Positions 50,791-62,560 of a stretch of 64,000 nucleotides of DNA are shown here, piece after piece. Each line of letters opens with the position of its first letter. Position 1 is the first letter of the stretch. Source of the DNA: Felis catus (lineage: Eukaryota); the NCBI RefSeq assembly GCF_018350175.1, contig NC_058368.1, positions 38,380,001 to 38,444,000 on the forward strand. The letters run 5' to 3'. The notes under the pieces were generated by a model. It saw only the letters and a program-made list of their open reading frames with translations, had not been told where the DNA came from and made no database searches. The position numbers and the translations under genes are program-made.

Positions 50791-51479
50791 ACATGATCCT
50801 TACTTCTCTTTTGGACTTATTTACCATTTAATTGAAGATGGATATATATATTATAAAAGTGTTGTTAAATGTGTATACATAAGCAAGCTCTTTTAGGCCT
50901 AAGTTGTACCTCAAGTTCTAAGACTTAACGAGTCAAATCGCTAACTTTAAATTATTCCTAATTTTATATTTTCTTACATTTTAAGCACAAACTGCTCTTT
51001 ATTACTTAGTATAATTTCCTTTGAGTGTTTAAAAAAAGTTTAAAAAAGCATTGTTCAATGTATAACCATTAAATAACTTTGTTTTTTCAACTCTGTCCAT
51101 TTCATTGCTTTAAGGTCACATCTTGTCACTGTAGCATGCATAGGCAATAATGTTTGGCTCATCAGGTATTCTCCAAGGAGGCAAAAGAGCTCAATTTATC
51201 TATGAATCACTGTTCTATATAGAGCAAGAATCCAAGCCAAATACTCTACGACCTTAACATCAATTCACAGTAACTGAAAATGTTTTAATCACAACTCGAA
51301 TTACCTTTTATAAACTAAGTAGCATTAGCAATATAACGCTGCAATCATTCTCTACATATTAATGTGAAATTTCTATTGAAAACAAGTAGCAATGCAATTT
51401 ACTAAGGGGATCCTGAAAACATATTAAACAGAAATTGTATACCAACACACCCCTCTACTATATACACAACATCAAGAGC

Positions 51480-51660
51480 TTATAGTAGCTAACATATGCC
51501 TTACGTTTTATATTCCACAATTCTATTTAATCTTATTAGACCCTGAAACCACCTGTGGAATAGGAATTAGTATTGTAATTCCCACTTTACTTAACAAGTC
51601 TATGACCTAAATTATTTGGATTTGTCAGTGGCCATACATCTGGCAACTGCAAAACCTTAA
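51480..51660 (-). mobile_element. MIR fragment
   Basis: atttaatcttatt...accacctgtggaatagg...attcccactttac...ggccatacatctggcaactg. Confidence 0.5.
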
Positions 51661-51894
51661 CCCAATTTTTTGACACCACTTTCAATCTCTCTACTCTATC
51701 TCAACCTTGGCAACAATCAGAATCATTTGATGAGCTTTAGGAAGAAAAATATCCTGGTTTGTCCCACTTCCAGATTAGTTGAAATTGAATCTGAGCACAG
51801 AGCTGGGGTACTGATAGTAAAAAAAAAAAAAATAGCCATTAACCATCTTTCTAATTCTAATGTGACGGTCAGTTTTGAAAAGCAATATGCTTAC

Positions 51895-51921
51895 AGTTAG
51901 ATTTGTTTTCAATAAACCTGG
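51895..51921 (-). other. Candidate 27-nt microexon (unverified)
   Basis: Minus strand: gcatgtgctttccccccttcctgttggcattctttcag|CCAGGTTTATTGAAAACAAATCTAACT|gtaagc. Frame-preserving, encoding PGLLKTNLT or xRFIENKSNx. Confidence 0.3.
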
Positions 51922-53116
51922 CTGAAAGAATGCCAACAGGAAGGGGGGAAAGCACATGCTAACGTATGAAACAAACCTCTAACCCACACTCATCTATCCC
52001 CAGCATAACGCATAGGTAAGAACTCTGTCACGAGTGGGAATGAAGAACCAAAGAAACATTTGCACTATGAGGAGAGCAGCAAGATGTGTGTCCCTAGGAC
52101 CACAGCAGGGTAGTGGTTGTACTTAGTAAAGAAAACAATTGTTCTTTCCCAAACTGAGACATTCCCCTTAAATAATTCATTTCTGTCATCATTCCTTGGG
52201 AGTTTTGATCTTCCCATCACTTGCTCTTTCTATTCTACCTGGTTATCTCCATTACTCTTTCATGTTTCTTCGCAGTTTTTCAAATGCATTCCTTGGTTTC
52301 ATTTTAGGACATCAGCTTGTCCATGTTTAAAACGCTCTGTAAATAGTCTTGGAATCTTAGGGGCAAACACGCAATAGCAGTCTAATCAGTCGGCCACGGA
52401 ACACAGAGCTGTGTGAGGACACTGTATTTGGAGTGTTAATTAGAGCCGTGGGCACTCATTCGCCCAGACTGTGGTTTTCCGGCTGAAATAGAGACAGGTA
52501 ATCCATTCTGCCAAGGCTACCCTGAGCACTATCCCATTGCTGGCCAATAAAACATGTGCTTTCTCTATCCAGAATGCATTGTTTATACTCATCTACATGT
52601 TTGTACAAATACCTTGATCTAGCATAGCCTAAGTGCTTTTGCTTTGAGGCATATTAGAAATGCAAATCTTAAGGGCTATCTCTTCCTATTCTTTACTTGG
52701 GTGGTTTCAGTCTTTCCTGGATGTGCTTGTATCAATTAACTTTTAGCAGCTAAGAAAACCTTTGCTGATTATTGTGGGGAAAAAGCAGAATACTTCAACT
52801 AGGTATGTCATCTATTCAAAGTTTAGTAGGTCAGTAATATTTGAAGTGCAAGTTTTTTTGCACTTTACTGAAGTTCCAAAGTTGCAACAAAGAAAGTTGT
52901 CTGGTTTTAGTTAGTAAATACTATCACTAACAATACCTAAAACAATTCTGTTTCTGTGGAATTGGCTAGAATTTATTGCTTATTGAGGAAAAAAGTCATC
53001 TGTATTTTGATTTTTTTTCCCATACAATCATGTCTTTAAAAAAAAAAGTACTTAAACAAAGGATGATCAAGATCTTCTGGGTTTTTAATTTTATTTCAAA
53101 ATGAAGTTTCCTTTTA

Positions 53117-53342
53117 TTTCATTTTTTTTTAATTTTTTTTCAACGTTTATTTATTTTTGGGACAGAGAGAGACAGAGCATGAACGGGGGAGGGGCAGAGA
53201 GAGAGGGAGACACAGAATCGGAAACAGGCTCCAGGCTCTGAGCCATCAGCCCAGAGCCTGACGCGGGGCTCGAACTCACAGACCGCGAGATCGTGACCTG
53301 GCTGAAGTCGGAAGCTTAACCGACTAGCCACCCAGGCGCCCC
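53117..53342 (-). mobile_element. Young felid Can-SINE with perfect TSD
   Basis: TSD tgaagtttcctttta at 53102-53116 and 53343-53357. Confidence 0.97.
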
Positions 53343-53370
53343 TGAAGTTTCCTTTTAAAATGTGTTTTAT

Positions 53371-53596
53371 GGGGGCACCTGCGTGGCTCAGTCGGTTAAG
53401 CATTTGACTTTGGCTCAGGTCATGATCTCACGGTTCCTGAGTTCAAGCCCCGAGTAGGGCTCTGTGCTGACAGCTTGAAGCCGGGAGCCTGCTTCAAGTT
53501 CTATTTCTCCCTCTCTCTGCCCCTCCCTCTTTCACACTCTGCCCGTCTCTCTCGCTCTCAAAAATAAATAAACACTAAAAAATAAATCAATAAATC
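53371..53596 (+). mobile_element. Can-SINE (right arm of inverted pair)
   Basis: gggggcacctgcgtggctcagtcggttaag. TSD core tgttttatg. Confidence 0.95.
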
Positions 53597-53955
53597 AAAA
53601 TGTTTTATGCTTGAAGGATTTTGGTTATTTGTTTCATTTTGCTGTGCTTTTTTGATGCTGTTGTTTGCCTGTACTGTTCTCTTGCCCTAAATTAATTTTC
53701 ATTACATTTACATCCGGGAATATTATTTTGATTGATTTTCTAAGCTTTACCTCATACAGCCCTTATTGAAGACTTGATATAGTGATGTTGAATTAACAGT
53801 ATAAAATGCTTAGAGAAGACAATTAGGAGGAAAAAAATGACTTTTAAGTACAAGAATGGTGCACTCTCTATGCTTAAGTGAATATTCAATCCTGAATCCT
53901 ATAGTAAGTATATCATAACAGAGAGCCAAGAGGCATTTTTAAAAAATAAATCACA

Positions 53956-54174
53956 GGGGCACCTGGGTGGCTCAGTGGGTTGAGCGTCGGACTTAAGCTC
54001 AGGTCACGATCTCGAGGTCTGTGAGTTCAAGCCCCACGTCGGGCTCTGGGCTGATGGCTCAGAGCCTGGAGCCTGTTTCCGATTCTGTGTCTCCCTCTCT
54101 CTCTGCCCCTCCCCCGTTCATGCTGTGTCTCTCTCTGTCTCAAAAATAAATAAACGTTAAAAAAAATTTTTTTT
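53956..54174 (+). mobile_element. Fairly young felid Can-SINE
   Basis: TSD aaataaatc(a/g)ca at 53944-53955 and 54175-54186. Confidence 0.96.
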
Positions 54175-55459
54175 AAATAAATCGCATTAGTGACCCGCTA
54201 AATGCCATATGGGCCTTGAAGGATGTACATGTAGACATGAAGTTGACTAAACAAAGATTCGGGAATTATTTCTGAAGCACCTTATCTTTGTCATTACAGG
54301 TTATGATACAGCAACATGAAGAGTCTGAAAAGAACAGTATTGAGCTTCCATTTATGGAAAAATTTGTACTGTTTCCATACAAGTGGATTGAATTTAGAAG
54401 CACACAGTTCATGGTCATCACGTTTTGATTATATGATTAACTGCTTATGAAATCTTTTACAAGTGAAAATAAGTATACTGTATACAGAATACATTTCCAA
54501 TATGGAATGTTAGAAATCAATCCTGTTTCTGTTCACAGAAGATTCCCCATTTTCTAAAAAAATTACCCATAGTGTAACTCAAACATTATTTAGCAAATAA
54601 TTTATGTAGCTCTCACCTCTATCAGTAAATATCGGATTCTGATTTCAGTGGAATTTCTGCCTAGGGAAGGAGTGCAGAATAGACCCCCGTTAACGCAGCC
54701 TTTTACTGATGACAAATCTGTACCCTGTGGTTTCCTAAGGCTCAATTTTTTAACTTGTTTGCTTCACATGGAAGACAAAGATACAGGTTTAAAAATTTCA
54801 TGTTTCCATAATTTTTAATAGTTTTCTCCTCACATTACAAATATAGAAATTGTAAAAGCATCTGTCATCTGTCAAATAGAATTTGATGTTCTATATTCAA
54901 AGACCAGCATGGAGAGTGGTCACCCTACCCTGCCATTGGTTAGGCATGGTAGAGTATGGGGACAGTACTCAAAAAATGTTTCTGTGTTACACGGAGTTAA
55001 GATAATACAGCATATGGAATTTTCCCTTGAATATTAGTCATTACATTTTCAAACCTCTGATTTTCAGCCAAGATATATGCTAATGATTAGCACATTTTTA
55101 TCCGTGGGCGACATTATCTATGATCCACAGAACTATGTGCACATCTTAGAGCCTTAGGTTATAATTTACAAAGTTTACATGTACTAAAATGTGGGTAAGC
55201 CGAATTATTAGCTGAATCTGAATTTACGTCCTATTTAAAACAGGGTTTAAGCCACGTTCCAGCTTTATGAAGTGATAGTTCAAAACTAGTGTTTAATGAA
55301 TCCCCTATTTCAATTTCCAACATTCAAAGGTTATCTTGTTATGACAGCAATTCTGGCAGTTAGCATTGATTTTTTTTTTTCAGGTTGATCTAATTACATG
55401 CTGATGTTTCACAGTTCTATATGCCATCTTTCATTAAAATTTAAAAATTTAATGAGAAA

Positions 55460-55900
55460 TGCTGCTTCCTGGGGCTGCCATAACAGACTATGTAACACTA
55501 TATGTTTATCTGTTCATGGTTCTGGAGTCTAGAAGTCTGATGTCAAGACACTGGTAGGGTCATGCTTTTGCTCACAGCTCTAGGGCAGCTGTATTCCTTC
55601 CTTACCTCTTCTAGCTTCTCGTATTGACTGGTAATCCCTAGCATTCCTTGGCTTGGGGATGCATCTACCTAGACAGATGGCCATTTTCTTCCTGTATCTT
55701 CCCATAGTCTATCTAAATTGCCCCTTTTTTGTAAGGGTGTCAGTTATTTTCGATCAGAGCCTACTCTAATGGCTTCATTTGGATTACCTCCCTAAGGGTT
55801 CTTTTTCCAAATATGGTCACATTCTGAGTTACTGGAGATTAAGATTTCAACAGAATTTTTTGGGGGGGTGGAGGGGAGGGATACAATTAAACATATAATA
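55460..55900 (-). mobile_element. MLT1A-C-type MaLR solo LTR
   Basis: ggggctgccataaca...ttctggagtctagaagtctga...cattccttggcttg...tttccaaatatggtcacattctgag...gggatacaatt. Confidence 0.85.
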
Positions 55901-55950
55901 GATGCCTAAATGAGTAAGAAAAAATAATGTATTAATTCTCCTTGACAAAT

Positions 55951-55969
55951 TGAGCCACCCAGGTACCCC
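55951..55969 (-). mobile_element. Isolated 19-nt Can-SINE head remnant
   Basis: tgagccacccaggtacccc is the reverse complement of the SINE 5' end, with no body adjacent. Confidence 0.7.
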
Positions 55970-56231
55970 AAATTTGGCAATAGAGAATTATTTTTTTTAT
56001 TCCAAGCTCTATTATCTTTTCTTTTGGGTCACTGTCACCCCAAGTATGTAAAATTTAGTGCTTCTGTTAAACTGAATCTTCAGTGATCTTTTTGGTGTTA
56101 CTCATATCAAAAAACTGGTTTTACCTGGCACTAGGTTTTACCTTTGAGTAGAAGAGAGTCATTTTCCCCCTGAGTAGGCTAGGAGAGGGTAAGAACACTA
56201 TGAAAACACTCCTTAAAAATGACATAGATGC

Positions 56232-56697
56232 GGGGTACCTGAGGAGCTCAGCTGGTTAAGCATCCAACTCCCGATTTCAGCTCAGATCACGGTCTTGTGG
56301 TTCAGGAGTTCGAGACCCACATGGGGCTCTCAGCTGACAGCATGGAGCCTGCTTGGGATTCTTTCTTTGCCTCTCCGCTTCTTTTCTCTCTCTGTCCATC
56401 TTGCTCACTCTAGCTCTCTCGCTCCCTCTCTCCCTCTCTCTGTTCCAGTCTTGCTCCCTCTCTCCCTGTCTCACTCTCTCGCTCCCTCGCTCTCTGTCTC
56501 ACCCTCTCACTCCCTCTCTCTCTGTCTCTCTCTCTCTCTGTCTCACCCTCTCGCTCCCTCTCTCTCTGTCTCACCCTCTCTCGCTCCCTCTCGCTCCCTC
56601 TCGCTCCCTGTCTCACCCTCTCTCGCTCCCTCTTGCTCTGTCTCCCTCCCTCACTCCCTCTCGCTCGCTCTCTGTCTCGTTCTCTCCCTCCCTCTCT

Positions 56698-56735
<38 letters not shown>

Positions 56736-57041
56736 CCCTCTGGCTCCCTCTCTCTCTCTCTCTCTCTCTCTGGCCCTCTGGCTCCCTCTCTCTCTCTCTC
56801 TCTCTGGCCCTCTCACTCCCCCCTCCACCTGTCTCTGTCTCGCTCTCACTCCCCCCTCCATCTCTCCGTGTCTCCCTCTCCCCCCACCTCAGTGTCTCCC
56901 TTGCTGTCACCCATCTCTCCGTGTCTCCCTGTCTCCGTCTCTCTCTCTGTCTCTCTCTCTCTGTCTCTCTCTCTCTGTCTCTCTCTCTCTGTCTCTCTCT
57001 CTCTGTCTCTCTGTCTCTCTCAAAATAAATACACTTAAAAA
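56232..57041 (+). mobile_element. Can-SINE with ~660-bp expanded pyrimidine-rich tract
   Basis: Normal head (56232-56360) and normal tail caaaataaatacacttaaaaa (57021-57041) bracket a long CT-rich array. Confidence 0.93.
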
Positions 57042-60000
57042 GATGATAGACACATGCCTCTGCCTAATGGGGATGAGAAGGCCATACAGCTGGAGGAGAC
57101 ACACAGGTCATGGCAGAAAGGAGGAATCAGTCTGAATTTATAAAAATGAAAGGCATAAACATGCTTGTTTCAAACTCTGTAACTTTTCAGGAGTAGGTAT
57201 CATTTACACATTTTACGGTCTGCATTCCTTTTGATGCTTAATATTTTTAGTCTTCATTAATCCAGAAAAATAAAGCATTAAACTGAGTAAAATGTATGCA
57301 AAATTGATAGTATAAAAAGGAAAAAGTAAAGGCCTAGTAGGCCACAGCACAGTTACTGAGAAAAATTGCAAAAATTGGGATTCAATTGAAGTACCCTTCC
57401 AATATAGGACTATGTTCATGCTATTGCCAAAAAAAGAACCTAAGCTTGCCAGAAAGGACATTTATTAGGACCCTACAGTGTACTGCAAGATCTGGGGTGA
57501 ATATACATCAGATTTCGCATCCCAAATTTAGAAGTTCACATGCCGGCAATCAGACATCTCTAAGGACAATTAAGCACACTGTAGTTGTGAGAAATTCTCG
57601 ATTTGATAGATGAAAAACCTGTTGTTGCTTTAAATACTGACGTAATAGTTATCACAGATCCAGTAATAAATAACCAGTAAAAAGTGTCTCAAACTAAATA
57701 ATGTATGATCTGCAGATGCTAGGCTTCAACAATACAATTCTTTTATCTTATTGGAGAACTAAAGCTCATTCCAGCTACAAAAACAAAAATGGCCTTTGGA
57801 GCATAAAAAGGTTTTTCCGATGGTCACGGTCATTTTGGTGTTAGCCTTGTATGTACCACGCAGTCCTCTAAGGATATTGCTTACATTGCCAATTTAGGGC
57901 TTCTTTAATGCCTTCTACTGTAAGTGTATGAATTTACACTTTAAAGTTGCTTATCAAATTATTTCCTTTTGACCACTTTACATTATTGTTCTCTAGTTAT
58001 CACACTGACAGATATCTAGAGATTGTTATAGTTATTGTGAAAATATCTAAGTCCAAAGATTTATCTTTTGCAATATAATAATGGAAATTTGCTCCAGGTC
58101 TTGAGGAGGGAAAGAAAGGGGGGAAAAAAGCACTATATAAAGTTGTTCAACATATTAATGTTATAATATGTGGAAAAAGTCACATTGTGACCCAATCTGT
58201 CAGAGTCTCATTGGTTTCCAGATTGCAGCAAGATTGATTTTTTAGTGCTTTATATAGCCTCATCTTTCCTTACTTATTGCCATATGTTTTCTACCTCCTC
58301 ACTTTTAATCAGTCTCACAACACTGTCTAAACAATCAAAATTTAAATTGTTTCATAACTATTCAAGCATAGAGCTTTTTATGCTCCCTAACTATGAAATT
58401 CTCTGTGATTATTTCTAGTAAGGACACGTGCCTTTCCTTTGAAAAAATAACTTCCTGTAAGTTATGCTTTTGATTTTTTTCATCTAAATTAAATTGATGT
58501 ATTTTGATAGTTGGCACATATTGATTTGCTATCAAATTATATCTCTATGATGTGCAACACTTTATATAAACTGTTTCTTATAAACTGATATACAAGCATC
58601 ACTCTACTTTGCAGTTTATTTTATGAGACTACTAAATAAATCACTACAAAAGGAGAATATTTTTAAAGCAAAAAAACCTAGTTTAAAAAAGCCCAGCAGA
58701 GACATATGGAAGAGAACAGGGAAATAAACAGACAAAATAATCTCAACTGATTCTTTCTATGTTCTGAAGTAGGTATATGGAAATATTGCTAGCATAATAT
58801 AAGCAACACAACAGTTGGTCAAACAATTTCAGAATTCTTTTGACTCTATCTATAGTACTCTTTGTCACTGAGTATTCATCTCAACATCCCTTTATGTGTA
58901 TGTAGAATACAATATAATATAGAATATGGGGTACATGGATATATATGCCCTTAATGTACCCGGTCTCACAGGTTCCTAGAACAATTAGTGTGAGCATTTA
59001 AGAACATTGCATTTTAGAGACAGGCTTTAGTGATGAAAAGGAAAGCTGTGTCCCAATATGAGGATATAGTTAAAGGATACAGTTTTGTAACTGATAGAAG
59101 TGACCAAAAAGTGAGCAGGGTGTTCATTACAAGGGGCTCTGGATCAGTCCTGGAAAGTTTCTCAAGGCAGAAAGCTTGGGCAATGATCTAGCTCACCTCA
59201 TTGTTTACTGTTTCTAAGAATCCCTGACCTCCATTGTTTCATGTGTAGGATCTCGAAAACTAATGTTTAAATTGATTGTTCTTTTACTCCTTCTTGATAG
59301 ATTCAGTTGGGAATAAATGCTAGCCCTGCTTTCCATCTTGGTTGGATGCAGAAATTATTTGTTCTATATATTAATGGCATTTAAAAAACAAGGTCCAATG
59401 AGCTCAAAGTTATAATCTCACCTACTTTATGCAGAGAATGAATTAGACTAACACACTTTAATTTTCAGACTATCTTGAAATGCTTAATGAAGAGTATAGT
59501 TACATATTTACTTAATAGCACATTTTTCATCAGTATTGAAATGTTTTCTTAATTCTTATTCCTGCATTTTTAATACATATTTCTTCAGTTCAAGTGCTTA
59601 TCTCTTCTTGAAGTTTCACTTTTTTTCCAACCACACTGATGATTTGTTATGCCATTTTATCAGCCTTCTGAAAGTTGAAGAGAAATGGAGATATTACCAT
59701 CACTTACTCAAATGTCAAAAATTAAGCCAATTAAAGGAAAAAAGAATTCAGTGCTAAAAAGGGACAAGGACATTCATTATTCTGAGAGTTTCTTTGACTA
59801 TTTTGATTTGTCATATTAAGCTATGTAGGAATATCTAGATGGCTTATAATTTTCAGAACAGTTCCACATTATCTCAAAAAAGTTATTTTTAATCTACAGC
59901 TGTGAATCTCCCTATAAGGAAAAGGCCTATTTTAGGATGTGGCAATATTGGGAAAGACAATCAAAATTTGCTTTATATACTGTTTAAATTTATGCATAGT

Positions 60001-60212
60001 AAACATTCTTTTTTTAGGACTTCAAAATATTCAAAAATCAACATCCAAATACCTTTACTTGGCAGGTTGTATACTTAGTCATAAAAGCATGGCATTTAAG
60101 AGCTATTGAACACCACCAAAATGATCTGGCCCAGTAATTTTTACCTATAGATAAGGAATCTATGGCCCAAAGATCATCAGACTCAAGGCCACAGAGGTAA
60201 TTAGAAACAAAA

Positions 60213-60510
60213 TCATTCATTCAACCAAACATTCACTGAGAAAGGAAGTGGCTTGACAGAGCCGAAAATAATCTCTGCCACTAATGAGGATCTTAAGCTC
60301 GTATTCTGGTAAAGGCAACAAAACGTGTATATGGATGAATCATAGGGTGCTCTGAGAGTTTATACACTGGATGGGGAAGGTCAATGTTCTGGCTTTCCCA
60401 GAATGGAGATACAGAGGCCAAATGTTGAAGATGACCAAGTTTAACCAGGACAGGAGAGGAGAAAAGAGTGACCCAGGAAAGAAAATGGTGTGGATAAAAG
60501 CCATAAGTTT
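60213..60510 (-). mobile_element. L2 3' fragment
   Basis: tcattcattcaaccaaacattcactgag...ggctttcccagaa...ttgaagatgaccaagtttaaccagg. Confidence 0.6.
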
Positions 60511-61244
60511 AGAAAGAGAATGCCCCTTTAAAAACTGCATACAATTTAATAATATTTGTTAAGAGATGAGTCAGCTGAGTGATAGTGTGAGAGGAGTCTT
60601 GATAATTAGGCCATGAAAGGACTTTAGATGTATTTTTTCCTAAAAGGATATAGTCATTGAAGCAATTTTTGTCAATATTAGTAGTACAATAAGCAATAGA
60701 ACATCTCAAAGTCAATTCTGAATTCATACCCTAAAAATAAATATTTTTCCCAGGTTTATATACATTAAATATACTACCCTTGGTGTAAAGTCTTCAAAAT
60801 TATCCTCTAACAGAACATTCTCTTATTATGTGAATACCTACCAATTGCACTAAATCAGAGGAAATATTAAAATAGGAGACAAGAGATATGAATGGCAGAC
60901 TCTATTAGTCACCCTTGATCATAATCCCAACATCTAAAACATGGGGGTATACACACACAGGCAATATTTTCCAAGTCATTGGAACTAAACAATTCATGAT
61001 CAACTTTAATTAAATATACCTATTTATCCACTTTAAAAACCCATAGCATGTATGTGGCCATGTTCTTCAGAACACTTTGATCATATTTTTACATTAGGAA
61101 ACAAACAGTTTAATTTTTCATATGTAGAAATGGAGATTTAGTGATTTTTCTCAGCAACTGTTACTTAACCATAGTAGAAATGCAATACCAGGCTCTGAAA
61201 TACTGAACAAAAGATGTACATTCAATTAACTAAACTTTAGTAAC

Positions 61245-61525
61245 TTTTTGTGACTACTTGACATACAGTACTCTAGTTTCAAGTGTACAACATAGTGATT
61301 CCAGAAGTTTCTATGTTATGCTGTGCTCACACCAAGTGTAGCTTCCATGTGTCACCATATAATACCATCACAGGATCACTGAATAGATTCCTCATGTTGT
61401 GCCTTTATTCCCATGACTTATTCATTCCATCTGGAAGCCTGTATCTCCCACTCCTCTTCCTCCATTTTCCCACATCTGGAAGCCTGCATCTCCCACCCCT
61501 CTTCTTCCATTTTCCCATCTTCCCC
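61245..61525 (-). mobile_element. Carnivore L1 distal 3' UTR (non-inverted part of twin-primed insertion)
   Basis: tagtttcaagtgtacaacatagtgattc...cccatgacttattcattccatctggaagcctgtatctcccactc. Confidence 0.88.
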
Positions 61526-62230
61526 TGTTTCCAAAGAAGTGATGGCCAAAGTGGTTTCCAAAGTGTGTGATGGCCAACACACACATGAAAAGATGCTCAA
61601 CATCACTTATCATTAGGGAAATGGAAGTCCAAACCACCCTGAGTTATCACCTCACACTTGTCAGAATGGCTAAAATTAAAAAAAAAAAACAAAAAACACA
61701 AGAAATAGCAAGTGTTGGTGAGATTGTAGAGGAAAATGGAACTCTGGTGCACGGTCATTGGGAATGTAAATTGGTGCAGCCACTGTAGAAAACAGTATAG
61801 AGTTTCCTCACAAGATTCAAATTGAAATACCATGTTTAGCCTAGTAATTCCACCACTGTGTATTTACCCAAAGAAAACAGAAACACTAATTCTAAACGAT
61901 CTATGTACCCCTATGTTTCTTGCAGCATTAGTTACAATAGCCAAGATATGGAAGTAACCTAAGTGCCCACAGATAGATCAAGTAATAAGGAAGTTGTGGT
62001 GTACACACACACACACACACACAGAGATATTACACAGCCACAAATAAGGATAAAATTGTGCCATTTGCAACAACATGTATACACCTAGAGGTTATTATGC
62101 TGAGTTAAAGGAGTCAGAAGACGAATACCATAGGATTTCACTCACATGTGGAATCTAAAAAAAAACTGAACAAACAAACACAAAACAGAATCAGACCTAT
62201 AAACAGAACAGACTGATGGTTGCCAGAGGG
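61526..62230 (+). mobile_element. Carnivore L1 ORF2 end plus proximal 3' UTR (inverted part of twin-primed insertion)
   Basis: Translation [37 protein letters not shown] is L1 ORF2. Ends gactgatggttgccagaggg. Confidence 0.93.
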
Positions 62231-62320
62231 AATTTAACATTGTTTTTTATATTTCTATTAGCAGTGCTTATTTGAAGTTTTAATTAATCAGAGTTTTTCA
62301 ATGCCCATCACTTAAACATT

Positions 62321-62403
62321 CTCTACACCCAACATGAGGCGCAGATTCACAACTCCAAGATCAAGTGTGGCATCCTCTACCAACTGAACCAGCTGGGCAC
62401 CCC
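62321..62403 (-). mobile_element. Short old Can-SINE (tRNA-like region)
   Basis: cccaacatgaggc...agatcaagtgtggcatcctctaccaactgaaccagctgggcacccc. Confidence 0.8.
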
Positions 62404-62421
62404 TAGATGGAACCATTAAAA

Positions 62422-62452
62422 TTTTTTTTAGTATTTATCTTTGAGAGAGAGA

Positions 62453-62488
<36 letters not shown>

Positions 62489-62560
62489 GTGAGTGGAGGA
62501 GGGGCAGAGAGAAAGGGCGACACAGAATCTGAATCAGGCTCCAGACTCTGAGCTATCAAC
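62422..62560 (-). mobile_element. Can-SINE 3' half with internal (CA)n
   Basis: ttgagagagagagac(ac)n...ggggcagagagaaagggcgacacagaatctgaatcaggctccagactctgagct. Confidence 0.88.

Noticed and set aside
52004..52015. Plus-strand 12-nt microexon pattern ccccag|CATAACGCATAG|gtaaga
   Set aside because: Stops in two of three frames, a weak polypyrimidine tract, and opposite strand to the better candidate 80 bp away.
56277..57135. Longest ORFs (247, 260, 166 and 131 aa; S/L/P-rich or R/E-rich)
   Set aside because: They are translations of the CT-rich tract inside a SINE, which lacks stop codons by composition.
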